NCBI GenBank assembly: GCA_963727445.1
Contig: CAVSGI010000008.1
Span: 416,001 to 480,000 of the forward strand
Reading direction: 5' to 3'
Origin: an uncultured delta proteobacterium
GTDB lineage: Bacteria > Myxococcota_A > Polyangia > Polyangiales > B10-G4
DNA length: 64,000 nucleotides
Position numbers and translations under genes: made by a program. Below, in pieces: positions 1 to 8,880 of the stretch (positions within the stretch are counted from its first letter, which is position 1; the number at the start of each line of letters is the position of its first letter). Under the pieces are notes generated by a model. The model did not search any database and was not told where the DNA came from. It was given only the letters and a program-made list of their open reading frames with translations.

Positions 1-1018
1 TCCTCCGTCCCTGGGGCCAGCCCATCCTCGATCGCGACGTCGGCTTCCCGCGCGCCATCGGCCTCGACCTCCGCGGACCACTGCCCACCGAGCTCGACGG
101 GACGACCGCGAGCCTCTTTTCGCAGACGCCGACCGGCGCGATCTACGCGAACGACGCCTTCCACACCGTCGAGGTGATGAGCGGGGTGGAGCCCGAGGCC
201 TTCGTCGCTCAGCGGACGTTCTGGCACTACCTGCTCTCCGAGAACGTCGTTCGCGCGATGACTGGCGGCAGCGGTGCCCACGGCATCGGCGAAGCCGTCC
301 CCGGCGCTCCCCGCACGGTGGTCACGCCCGCGTCCCCGTCGCTCGCGGACGTCCTCGCTGCGGTGAAGAGCGGGCGGGCGCTCGCCACCAACGGGCCCGT
401 CATCGAGCTCACGATGATGGATCAGGCAGGCATGGAGCGGCGCCCCTCGACGACCGCTTTCGAAGCGCCCGCCACCCGCTGATCCACGTGCGCGTGCTGG
501 CGGCGCCATGGATCCCCGTCGACGAGGTGCGGGTGGTGGTCAACGGACAGGTGCTGACCACGCTCAGCTCGGTGCTCGCCGCGCCCCCCGACCCCTTCGG
601 CACGGAGGGCGTCGTCCGTTACGAAGGCGACATCGACATCACCCCGGGCCTCGCGCTCGAGTTCGGTGACGCCTTCGTCGTCGTCGAAGCCGGAGCGGCG
701 CTCCCGGACGCCGGCAATCTGGATTGCGATGGTGTGCCCGACACGGGCGACAACGACGGAGACGGGCAGATCAGCGCCGCAGACGTGGGCGTCGTCGCCA
801 ATGCTCAGACGCCTTCACCGCCGGTGACCAGCATCAGCGACACCTGCGTCTCCTCCGCTGGCCCCCTGCGTGCGGGCCCGGTCCCGAGCGATTCGAACAA
901 TCCGCGGCGCGCCTTCTACGCGGTGATGGGCACCTCGCCCGTGGCGTCCACCAACCCTCTGCTACTGGATGTCGACGGCGGCGGCTATGACGGCGCCCCC
1001 CGCGGCGTCACTCCCTGA
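1..1018 (+). CDS. 3' part of a CehA/McbA-like (PHP-fold) metallohydrolase-domain protein; 5'-truncated by the window edge, one frameshift near 470
   Basis: Frame 3 is open from position 3 (LRPWGQP...FHTVEVMSG...WHYLL...RAMTGGSGAH...G.PRTV...A.ATNGP). It continues after an indel in ORF 488-1018 (VRVLAAPWIPVDEVRVVVNG...TNPLLLDVDGGG), the usual C-terminal layout of this family. Confidence 0.6.
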   Translation, partial: PPSLGPAHPRSRRRLPARHRPRPPRTTAHRARRDDREPLFADADRRDLRERRLPHRRGDERGGARGLRRSADVLALPALRERRSRDDWRQRCPRHRRSRPRRSPHGGHARVPVARGRPRCGEERAGARHQRARHRAHDDGSGRHGAAPLDDRFRSARHPLIHVRVLAAPWIPVDEVRVVVNGQVLTTLSSVLAAPPDPFGTEGVVRYEGDIDITPGLALEFGDAFVVVEAGAALPDAGNLDCDGVPDTGDNDGDGQISAADVGVVANAQTPSPPVTSISDTCVSSAGPLRAGPVPSDSNNPRRAFYAVMGTSPVASTNPLLLDVDGGGYDGAPRGVTP

Positions 1019-1021
1019 ACG

Positions 1022-1654
1022 CTACTCCGCGAAGGCCCAGCCGCCCAGGACCTGATTGCAGGCGGCGGTCGCGGCCTCGTCGCGCTCGTCGTAGTTGCAG
1101 GTGACGATCCAGTCCTCGGCGTGCGCGGCGAAGACCGTGCCGAGGCGCAAGCGGTTGTCGTCGTCGCCGACGCGAAGCGCCCACTGGCAGGTCTGCCCCC
1201 AGGGCAGCGTCACCATGCCGCTCCGCTCGACGGTCGCCTGCTGCTGGCCCGCGACCAGATTGGCGAGCTGGCCACAGAGCGCCTCGTCGACGGCATCGGA
1301 GGAGATGTCGGTCGCGGTCGGGGAGACGACGACGCTCCCGGGTGCCACACCGCTCACCTCCGACTCCGAAGCCATGAGGATCAGCCCTCCAGGCGTCAGA
1401 ACGTCGTCGCGCATCATGTCCGCGATGGTCCCGCTCACCACGTTTGCGTAGCCCTCGGGAACGGGGACGCTGAAGTTTCGGCCGCTGACGCGGCGAGGGG
1501 TCATGGGACCGGTGGTGCTCGCCTGCCCTTCCCCTCCGGTCGTGGCGCCCTCCCCGGCGCCTCCGCCGCCGCCCTCGTCTGTGGCTGGCTCTCCACCACA
1601 GGCTGCGAAAGAGAACAGAAGCGCGAGCAGGATGAAGCGGGACGGGAAGGTCAT
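1022..1654 (-). CDS. hypothetical lipoprotein
   Basis: Lipobox LLFSFAAC and Gly-rich linker; ATGA overlap with the upstream esterase gene. Confidence 0.75.
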   Translation of the reverse strand: MTFPSRFILLALLFSFAACGGEPATDEGGGGGAGEGATTGGEGQASTTGPMTPRRVSGRNFSVPVPEGYANVVSGTIADMMRDDVLTPGGLILMASESEVSGVAPGSVVVSPTATDISSDAVDEALCGQLANLVAGQQQATVERSGMVTLPWGQTCQWALRVGDDDNRLRLGTVFAAHAEDWIVTCNYDERDEAATAACNQVLGGWAFAE

Positions 1655-2436
1655 GAGCCGGAGGGTAACGCCTCTGCGAGGAAGTCGGCGAACGCTTGCA
1701 CCACGAGGGGCCCAATCGTGTGGTCCCCGTCGAAGGGCACGAAGCGCACCTCCGCACCGGCGTCCGAGAGCGCGTCGCGCATGTGCTCCGCGCCGGCGAA
1801 AGGAAGGACGTCATCGCGCCGGCCGTGGGTGATGAGGACGTGCAGGCCTCGGGCCCGCGCCATGAAAGGCGCGAGGTCGCGCTCGGCGACCAGGCTCCCC
1901 GAGAGCACGGCCACCGGCCCGGGGTCCTCGCGATGCAGGGACGCCTGAAGCGCGAGCATCGCCCCCTGGCTGAACCCGGCGACCGCAATCTCGTCATCGG
2001 GCAGGCCGTAGCGACGCTTCACGTCGTCGATCAGGGCGAGCACCGCGCTCCGGGACGCGGGGAGCTCGGGCGGTCGCTCTCGCGACACGTCGCGCTCTCC
2101 CCGCGCGACCTGCGCTCGTCGCACCGGGCGTGGCGCGAGGGGCCACCACATCCGCCCTCCGTCCGGCAGCGGGAGCGGGCCCGCGGGCATCACGAAGCGG
2201 AGCTTCGACAGGCGTGAATCACGCAGGAGCGCGTGGGCGAGTGGGACCAGATCGTCGGCGGGCGTTCCGTAGCCGTGGAGCAGGATCACCGCCGGCCCGT
2301 CGCCTTGGCCCGCGGTCACGACCTCGAGCCCGCCCCACGCAGGCGAGGCCTCCTCGGCGGTCGGGGCCGGCGAAGCCTTTCGACAACCAGCGAGGATCAG
2401 CAGCGTGAGCAGGGTCAAAAGCAGATAGCGCGTCAT
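1651..2436 (-). CDS. phospholipase/carboxylesterase (alpha/beta hydrolase), lipoprotein
   Basis: LLHGYG oxyanion motif, GFSQG nucleophile, HGRRDDVLP Asp, GDHTI His; lipobox LILAGC. Confidence 0.9.
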   Translation of the reverse strand: MTRYLLLTLLTLLILAGCRKASPAPTAEEASPAWGGLEVVTAGQGDGPAVILLHGYGTPADDLVPLAHALLRDSRLSKLRFVMPAGPLPLPDGGRMWWPLAPRPVRRAQVARGERDVSRERPPELPASRSAVLALIDDVKRRYGLPDDEIAVAGFSQGAMLALQASLHREDPGPVAVLSGSLVAERDLAPFMARARGLHVLITHGRRDDVLPFAGAEHMRDALSDAGAEVRFVPFDGDHTIGPLVVQAFADFLAEALPSGS

Positions 2437-2486
2437 CTCACAATCCCGTTCATCGGGAGTCGAACCTATCCTACGATAGCGGCCCG

Positions 2487-3374
2487 ATGGACAATGCTCA
2501 GAAGGGGATCCTGGCCGCGGTCCCCGCGCATTCGCGCTACGTGCTCTACGACGTCCCCCCGGGGATTCACGCCGCGGATGCGCTCAAGGAGCTGCTCGAA
2601 GTGGATGTGAGCGCCGAGCTGCTGATCGGCCTCGGGCCCTCGCTGATCTTCGGCGCGGGCGCGGCGGTCGAGGGGCTGCACGCGCACCCGCCGATGGTGG
2701 GCCCGGGCGTCTCCGTCCCATCCACCCCGTTTTCGCTGCTCGCATGGCATCGCGGGAACGACCGCGGCGACTTGGTCCTCGCCTCTCGCGAGCTCGAGGA
2801 CGACCTGGCCGCGTTCTTCGAAGCCAAGGTGGTGATCGATTGCTTCCGCTACATGGAGGGACGCGACCTCACCGGCCACATCGACGGCACCGAGAACCCG
2901 AAGGGGGTGAAGGCCATCGATGCGGCGTTGGTCCAGGGCGCCAGCCCCGGGATGGACGGCTCGAGCTTCGTCGCGATCCAGAAGTGGGAGCACGACCTCG
3001 ACGAGTTCTTCGACGTCGACGAGAACGAGCGGGATCTGATCGTCGGGCGGCGCATCGACGACGACACCGAGATCGACGACGCCCCGCAGACGGCCCACGT
3101 CAAGCGCACGGCTCAGGAGGACTTCGATCCGCCCGCGTTCATGGTGCGGCGCTCCATGCCCTGGGCCGACGAGAACGGCGAGGGGCTCCTCTTCGTCGCC
3201 TTCGGCAAGAGCTTCGACGCCTTCGAAGCGGTGATGCGTCGCATGGTCGGCCTCGACGACGGCATCGTCGACGCGCTCTTCGACTTCACCCGCCCCACCC
3301 TGGGCGCCTACTTCTGGTGCCCCCCGGTGCAGGACGGGGTCCTCGACCTCCGAGCGCTCGCCCAGAAGGGCTGA
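2487..3374 (+). CDS. Dyp-type peroxidase
   Basis: RDLTGHIDGTENP (GxxDG), SFVAIQKWEH, AHVKR proximal His, MVRRSMPW, GLLFVAF, GAYFWCPP. Confidence 0.93.
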   Translation: MDNAQKGILAAVPAHSRYVLYDVPPGIHAADALKELLEVDVSAELLIGLGPSLIFGAGAAVEGLHAHPPMVGPGVSVPSTPFSLLAWHRGNDRGDLVLASRELEDDLAAFFEAKVVIDCFRYMEGRDLTGHIDGTENPKGVKAIDAALVQGASPGMDGSSFVAIQKWEHDLDEFFDVDENERDLIVGRRIDDDTEIDDAPQTAHVKRTAQEDFDPPAFMVRRSMPWADENGEGLLFVAFGKSFDAFEAVMRRMVGLDDGIVDALFDFTRPTLGAYFWCPPVQDGVLDLRALAQKG

Positions 3375-4465
3375 GCGCTCCCGCGGACCTCGGCGAGGAA
3401 CCGCTTCATCTCCTCGAGCTCGCGCGCGATCCACTGCTCCTTGGGGTCGTCCTCGCCGTCCTGGGTGTACTTGATGCCGAAGAGGTGCTTCGCCGCCGGG
3501 TAGTGCTTTCGCTCGACGAGACACTCGATGCAGTCGTCGAGGGAGAGGAAGTGCGGGAGGCTGCCGACGATCTGGTTGACGGTGTTCACGTCACCGTTGG
3601 CGCTGGCTTCGACCAGCTTCCCGAGCAGGTCGCGCTTCTGCTTGTCGACCTCCTGATCCCAGGCCGTGTAGTGCTTCATCTTCGCTTCGACCGCCGCGGC
3701 GACGTCCTTGGTGAAGCCGGGGTACACCGCAACGCCGGCCTGGTAGTACGCCGTCCAATAGTCGTGGGCAGCCTTGTGGTAGACCCATTGGTCGTACGCG
3801 GTGGCGTGGCGCTTGTCCTTCAGCTCCCTCTCGGCATTCCGCTCCGCCAACCAGAGGTTCCACACCTGCTCTTGCGCCAGGGCGTGGGCGCCGTTGCCGT
3901 GATAGAAGGACGCCGCCGCCATGCCGGGGGTCACCTCGTTCACCGCGCCGCAGCTCGCGCACTTCTGCTGGGTGCTGGTGGTGAGGTTCTCGATGGAGAT
4001 CTTGGCCCCGCACTGCGAGCACGGGACGCCCCGGGCGATCTCCTCCTGGGCGATCTGCTGAAGCCGCCGCGCCCAGTCGGCGCTCTTCTTCATCTCGATC
4101 GTGTAGTGCGACAGATCGATGTGGTCCCGCATCTGGCGGCACTTCTCGGACATCGAGTCCCGAGCGCCCGAGATCAGAGCCCACTCCTCGGAGGTGAGGT
4201 CGTCGAGCTCGGTGAGCTCGTCGATCTCCTCGCTGACCTTGCTGTAGGCGTCGTCCACCTTGCGGTCGAGCCCGTGGAAGCGGGTCTGGATCGCGGTGAA
4301 CGCAGCGCCCATCGGGCCGTAGTCCTGGGCGTGCTGCTCCATGAGCTGGTCGATCCCCGCTTCCGCTTCCGCGATGACCTCGTTGACGCGGGCGTTGACC
4401 TTGCCGAGGAAACCGTCCCACTTCTGAACGACCTCGTTCACCTTGTTCTGGACTTCAGGACGCAT
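3308..4465 (-). CDS. hypothetical helical protein with central zinc ribbon
   Basis: ATG at 4465 preceded by AGGAGGA; N-terminal helical bundle, then CSQCGA-x13-CASCGAVN, then a Trp/Tyr-rich helical region. The 3' end overlaps the dyp 3' end. Confidence 0.8.
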   Translation of the reverse strand: MRPEVQNKVNEVVQKWDGFLGKVNARVNEVIAEAEAGIDQLMEQHAQDYGPMGAAFTAIQTRFHGLDRKVDDAYSKVSEEIDELTELDDLTSEEWALISGARDSMSEKCRQMRDHIDLSHYTIEMKKSADWARRLQQIAQEEIARGVPCSQCGAKISIENLTTSTQQKCASCGAVNEVTPGMAAASFYHGNGAHALAQEQVWNLWLAERNAERELKDKRHATAYDQWVYHKAAHDYWTAYYQAGVAVYPGFTKDVAAAVEAKMKHYTAWDQEVDKQKRDLLGKLVEASANGDVNTVNQIVGSLPHFLSLDDCIECLVERKHYPAAKHLFGIKYTQDGEDDPKEQWIARELEEMKRFLAEVRGSAQPFWASARRSRTPSCTGGHQK

Positions 4466-4490
4466 CGCTCTCCTCCTGGGTGGCGGGCCG

Positions 4491-5054
4491 CTAGAGCGGC
4501 TGGCCGCAAAAAGCACATTCGGTGTCGGACTTCGAAAGCTTCGGCGCGCCGCAGTTCTTGCACTTGAACGCAGCCGCTTGCGACTTGTGCCACTTCGGCT
4601 TGGGCGCGTTCGGGTCGTGGTGCATCAGCACGTTGCCGAACATCCCCTGACGAGCCGGAAGCACCGCCGCCCGATAGGCGCTGCCGATCTCGTTGTCTAC
4701 GCGATCCACCAGGCCGACCAGCCGCGCGTGCAGCACCCGCATCTCGGGTGGGTCGTCGATGATGTCGATGTCGATGCGCTTGGCTTCTCGCCGCGCCCAC
4801 ACGCAGAGGCTCTTCACCGTCTGCGACACCTCCATGAGCGCGGCGCCGCGCGTGGGTTTTTGCGCGGCGCGCACCTGCTCGCGCTCCGGGTCGGTGATCG
4901 GCGCCACGCCGTAGTGGGCGCGCAACGCGTCCCACTCGGCGTTGGTCCCCGCCGGCTCGTCCACGGACAGGGCCGTGTCGAAGATCTGCGTCACGCCCTG
5001 ACGCAGGCTGCCCAGCACCTGCTCGACGCGCTCGCGGCGCTCCGCGCTACCCAC
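4491..5054 (-). CDS. hypothetical protein with C-terminal double-CxxC zinc ribbon
   Basis: Ends FKCKNCGAPKLSKSDTECAFCGQPL; tightly packed between co-directional neighbours. Confidence 0.75.
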   Translation of the reverse strand: MGSAERRERVEQVLGSLRQGVTQIFDTALSVDEPAGTNAEWDALRAHYGVAPITDPEREQVRAAQKPTRGAALMEVSQTVKSLCVWARREAKRIDIDIIDDPPEMRVLHARLVGLVDRVDNEIGSAYRAAVLPARQGMFGNVLMHHDPNAPKPKWHKSQAAAFKCKNCGAPKLSKSDTECAFCGQPL

Positions 5055-5066
5055 AGCCGACCCTCG

Positions 5067-6104
5067 TCAGAGGCTCAGATCGTCGTCCATCCCGGCGCCC
5101 TGATACTTCGCCAGGTACTTCTGATGGAACTGCTCGTACTGACGGATCAGCGCCATGTCGGTGCCCATCTTGGGTCCCCAGTAGCCGCTCCACGCGCCGT
5201 AGGTGCCAGCGTCGATGCCGAAGACGGCGCCGAGCTGGGCGTTGACGTCCATGCCCTGCGCGGCCCAGGCCTCCTGCGCGGTCATGACCTCGACGTAGCG
5301 CTCGAAGGGAACGGGCTCGGCGCCGCCGGCGTCGACACCCTTGGCGCTGGTGAAGGCCGCGCCGAACTTGGTCGCGATGGCGCCCGTGGTGTCGCCCTGC
5401 ATCTTCGCCTGCCAGCCGGCGTTCGCTGCGTTGTACTTCGCCTGGTCCAAGCCGTGCTTCGCGAGCGCGGCGTTCGCCTGCTCGGGCGTCGCGTTCGCGC
5501 CGAGACCCGAGAGCTCCGCGGAAGCCGCGGCCCACACCTCGACCGAGACGCCCTCGACCGGCTCGAGGAGCGTCGGGTCGGCCGCCGCGGCCGCCGCCTG
5601 CATGTTCGCCATCTGGCCCATGCGCGCTTCCATCATCGAGTTCTGGAAGGTGTCGTCGGTGACGACCGCCTGCTCGCCGTCGTCGTCGACGCCGAGACGC
5701 GACCACTTGGCCTGGACGTAGGCCATGACGGTGCGGAAGTGGTCCTGGTTCTGGTAGCCGTGCTGCTGCGCACCCTGGTCGGAGGTCATCCCCTGACCCT
5801 GCGCCTCCTCGATGGCGAACTGGTGGATCCAGACGCCCTTGGGATCCTGCCAATTGATGCCGTTGAGGGGCACCGCGCCGCTCTCGACGCGGGCGATGAG
5901 CTCCTGCATCTCCTTGAACTGTTCCTCTGCGTAGGAGAGCTCTGGCTCCGCGGGCGCACTCGCGCCGCCGGTTGGCGACGGGGCGGCGCCCGCGGACGCC
6001 GCACCCCCCCCGGAGGGCAGCGAGGCGGAGGGCGTGTTGCTGCTGCCGCCGCCGCCGAAGAGGCTCTTGAGGAGATTGATGATCATGTTGATCAGTGCGC
6101 CCAT
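5067..6104 (-). CDS. hypothetical protein with N-terminal amphipathic helix and internal helical repeats (DUF6620-like, from recollection)
   Basis: Start MGALINMIINLLKSLFGG after GAGGGA; repeats such as DPTLLEPVEGVSVEVWAAASA...W..KM..D and EPVPFERYVEV...W..KM..D. Confidence 0.75.
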   Translation of the reverse strand: MGALINMIINLLKSLFGGGGSSNTPSASLPSGGGAASAGAAPSPTGGASAPAEPELSYAEEQFKEMQELIARVESGAVPLNGINWQDPKGVWIHQFAIEEAQGQGMTSDQGAQQHGYQNQDHFRTVMAYVQAKWSRLGVDDDGEQAVVTDDTFQNSMMEARMGQMANMQAAAAAADPTLLEPVEGVSVEVWAAASAELSGLGANATPEQANAALAKHGLDQAKYNAANAGWQAKMQGDTTGAIATKFGAAFTSAKGVDAGGAEPVPFERYVEVMTAQEAWAAQGMDVNAQLGAVFGIDAGTYGAWSGYWGPKMGTDMALIRQYEQFHQKYLAKYQGAGMDDDLSL

Positions 6105-6200
6105 TTTTCCCTCTCGCGTTCGCCCGGCGAGGACCGCCGGTGGGCGCGGACGATACCGCACGCCACCCCCGCCCAACAACGACGATCATCGAATGGCCAT

Positions 6201-7004
6201 TCAGTCTGGCCGGCGCGTGATCAAGTCGGTTTTCAGCTGATGACGGTCGTTGAAGAGCCGGAGGTAGGAGAGCCAGGTGACGCCGAGGCAGCCCAGCGAG
6301 GTCGCGAAGGCGAGCATGAACATCACGACGATCTGGTACTTCACGGCTTCGATGGGGTTGGCGCCCTGGAGGATCTGGCCGGTCATCATCCCCGGAATCG
6401 AGACGATTCCCACGACGGCCATCGAGTTCAGGATCGGGATCATCCCTCGCTTCACCGATTCGGCCATCGGCTCCTTCACCGCCTCCCAGCGGGTGGCGCC
6501 CATCGCGAGGTCGGCCTCCACCGTGTCCCTCCGCGCGTCGAGGATCTCGAGGAGCTGGTCGAGGGAGAGCGAGATGCCGGTGAGACCGTTGCCCAGGATC
6601 ATGCCGAGGAGCGGGATGACGTACTGCGGCCGGTACCAGGGATGGACGCCGATCGCGACCGAGGTGACGGCGAAGGTGGTCGCCGTGCCCGTGACCACCA
6701 GGGTTGCGATGGCGCGGCTCCGCGCCCCTGGATAGACGCGGCTCGAACGCGCCACCGCGGCGCGCCCCGCCATGACCGTCATCACGCCCACCACCGCCAG
6801 GAGCGGCGCCAGGTGATCGATCGCGAAGACCCACTCGAGGACGTAACCGACGAGGGTGAGCTGAACCACGGTGCGCACCGCACCGATCGCGACCTTCTTC
6901 TCCACCCCCGCGCCCACCGCGAAGCTCACGAGCCCCGCGACCAACACCAGCAGCGCGGTGAACCCGACGTCCCAGACCGAAAGGATGATCGCGCCCTCAC
7001 CCAT
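6201..7004 (-). CDS. fetB: ABC transporter permease, FetB/YbbM (UPF0014) family
   Basis: RTVVQLTLVGYVL, PQYVIPLLGMILGN, LAMGAT, IPILNSMAVVGIVSIPGMMTGQILQGANPIEAVKYQIVVMF. Confidence 0.93.
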   Translation of the reverse strand: MGEGAIILSVWDVGFTALLVLVAGLVSFAVGAGVEKKVAIGAVRTVVQLTLVGYVLEWVFAIDHLAPLLAVVGVMTVMAGRAAVARSSRVYPGARSRAIATLVVTGTATTFAVTSVAIGVHPWYRPQYVIPLLGMILGNGLTGISLSLDQLLEILDARRDTVEADLAMGATRWEAVKEPMAESVKRGMIPILNSMAVVGIVSIPGMMTGQILQGANPIEAVKYQIVVMFMLAFATSLGCLGVTWLSYLRLFNDRHQLKTDLITRRPD

Positions 7005-7626
7005 CTGGTGCTCCGAGGTCGATCAGCCGGTCGCAGGCGCGCTCGGCCTGGGCGCGATCGTGAGTGACCCAGATCATCGACGCGTCGCTCTCGGCGAGGA
7101 GCGCCTCGACGGCCGCGGTGGACGCGGCGTCGAGGCCGCTGGTGGGCTCGTCGAGGAGGAGCACGTCGGGATGGGTGGCGAGGGCGCGCACCAGGGCCAC
7201 CCGCTGTTTCTGTCCCTCGGAGAAATCGCGGGCCTCGGCGGGGAAGCTCTCGGGGTCGAGGCCGACGCGCTCGAGGAGCGTCGCCACCTCGGCTTCCGGG
7301 TACGAAGATCCGACGGATCGGAAACGAAAGGGGCGGCGGAGGTTGTCTTCGACGGTCCCGCCGAAGAGCACCGGGCGCTGGGGCACGAAGCGAACCCGGC
7401 GACGGTATTCTGGGAAGCCGATCTCGGCTGGGTCCTTTTCGTCGAGGGTGACGGTGCCCGCGGCCGGATCCGCGAGGCGGGCAAGGGTCCTCAGGAGCAT
7501 CGTCTTGCCGATCCCAGAGGGCCCCACCAGCGCCAGGCGAGCTCCGGGCTCGAGCGCGAAAGAGAGCCCCGACACGAGCGTTCGGCCGCCGGCTGCCACG
7601 GACAGATCGCTCACCCGAAGGGCCAC
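6997..7626 (-). CDS. fetA: ABC transporter ATP-binding protein, FetA/YbbL-like
   Basis: Walker A GPSGIGKT, signature FSEGQKQRV, Walker B LLLDEPTSGLD, VTHD; overlaps the fetB start. The GTG start at 7626 is inferred. Confidence 0.88.
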   Translation of the reverse strand: MALRVSDLSVAAGGRTLVSGLSFALEPGARLALVGPSGIGKTMLLRTLARLADPAAGTVTLDEKDPAEIGFPEYRRRVRFVPQRPVLFGGTVEDNLRRPFRFRSVGSSYPEAEVATLLERVGLDPESFPAEARDFSEGQKQRVALVRALATHPDVLLLDEPTSGLDAASTAAVEALLAESDASMIWVTHDRAQAERACDRLIDLGAPDG

Positions 7627-7711
7627 GAGGGAGGTGGTAGTCGTCGGCCCGCGCCAGGGCAAGTGAGGTCGCTCGCTGCCACCGAGGGCCAGAGCCGAAG
7701 ATACTCCGGCC

Positions 7712-8830
7712 ATGGCGCAAAAGCCGACCGCGTACTGGGAGTACCTCCGCCTCGAAGAGCTCCTCGAGCTCCAGGGGGGCAAGGAGCGCGACGAGTCCGC
7801 GCTCCTCGACGACGAGGTGCTCTTCATCGTCATCCACCAGATCGACGAGCTGTGGTTCAAGCTCGCCATCCGCGAGATGGTCTCCGTTCGGAACCTCTTC
7901 CGGCAGAACCCGGTGCCGGAGCAATCGCTGGCCTCCGCGGTGCGGGGCCTGAGGCGTCTGGCGCTCCTCTTCAGCCAGGTCAGCACGCACTTCGCGCTGA
8001 TGGAGACGATGACCACCCGCGACTACCTCGGGTTTCGCGACAAGCTCAGCCCGGCGAGCGGTTTTCAATCGGCGCAGCTCCGTGAGGTAGAGATCCTCTT
8101 CGGGCTCTCGGCACAAGACCGGGTGCCACTGGGCAGCGACAAGAGCTACCTCGAGGCGCTCAAGCACCCCGACGGGTCCGAGTCGTACGCGTCGCGCCGT
8201 GTCGAAGCCCGGATGCAGGACACACCGAGCCTTCACCAGGTGATCCAGGACTGGCTGCATCGAACGCCGATCCAGGGGTCCCAGCCGGAAGACACCGGCG
8301 ACGACGCGGTGGTCGCGGACTTCGTCGAGGCCTTTCTCAAGGCCCATCGCTCGGAGGTGGAGGCGATCATCGACGCGACGCTCCTCGGCAATCCCTCGGC
8401 CGAGGATCGCTCCCTCCTCGAGAAGCGTTACGAGGTGCAGGTGAAGAGCGCGGAGTCGTTCCTCCGCGCCGAGGACATGACGGACGAGGCGGAGCGCGCG
8501 CGCGTCCGGCGCATCCGGGCGGCGGCCACCTTCATCGAGAGCTACCGCGAGCTGCCGCTCTTGGCCTGGCCGCGCGAGGTGATCGACTCGGTGGTGGCGC
8601 TGGAGCAGGCGTTCCTGATCTTTCGCCAGCGACACGCGCGAATGGTCGAGCGCGTCATCGGCCGACGCACCGGGACCGGAGGCTCGACCGGAGTGGACTA
8701 CCTCGACTCCACCGCCCTCCGCTACCGTGTTTTTCGGGACATCTGGGCCGTCCGTACCATCCTGCTGCGGCAGGAAGCCCTGCCCGCGCTTCAAAGCGCC
8801 GAGACCTACGGCTTCGTCGCCGGCGATTGA
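7712..8830 (+). CDS. kynA: tryptophan 2,3-dioxygenase (long form)
   Basis: YWEYLRLEELL, DEVLFIVIHQIDELWFK, FRDKLSPASGFQSAQ, RHARMVERVIGRRTGTGGSTGVDYL. Confidence 0.93.
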   Translation: MAQKPTAYWEYLRLEELLELQGGKERDESALLDDEVLFIVIHQIDELWFKLAIREMVSVRNLFRQNPVPEQSLASAVRGLRRLALLFSQVSTHFALMETMTTRDYLGFRDKLSPASGFQSAQLREVEILFGLSAQDRVPLGSDKSYLEALKHPDGSESYASRRVEARMQDTPSLHQVIQDWLHRTPIQGSQPEDTGDDAVVADFVEAFLKAHRSEVEAIIDATLLGNPSAEDRSLLEKRYEVQVKSAESFLRAEDMTDEAERARVRRIRAAATFIESYRELPLLAWPREVIDSVVALEQAFLIFRQRHARMVERVIGRRTGTGGSTGVDYLDSTALRYRVFRDIWAVRTILLRQEALPALQSAETYGFVAGD

Positions 8831-8880
8831 GCGAACTCCAATCTTCGCTAAACGCCCGCGGGGCCGTACGATGTCCGTCC

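Noticed and set aside
2487..3374. DyP as encapsulin cargo
   Set aside because: No C-terminal GSLxIGSL-type targeting peptide and no encapsulin gene nearby.
4443..7067. Long antisense and alternate-frame ORFs (e.g. 4443-7067, 2744-4567, 15641-18316, 16278-18485, 25974-27698)
   Set aside because: Arg/Gly/Pro-rich, motif-free shadows expected in high-GC DNA; each overlaps a gene with clear family motifs.
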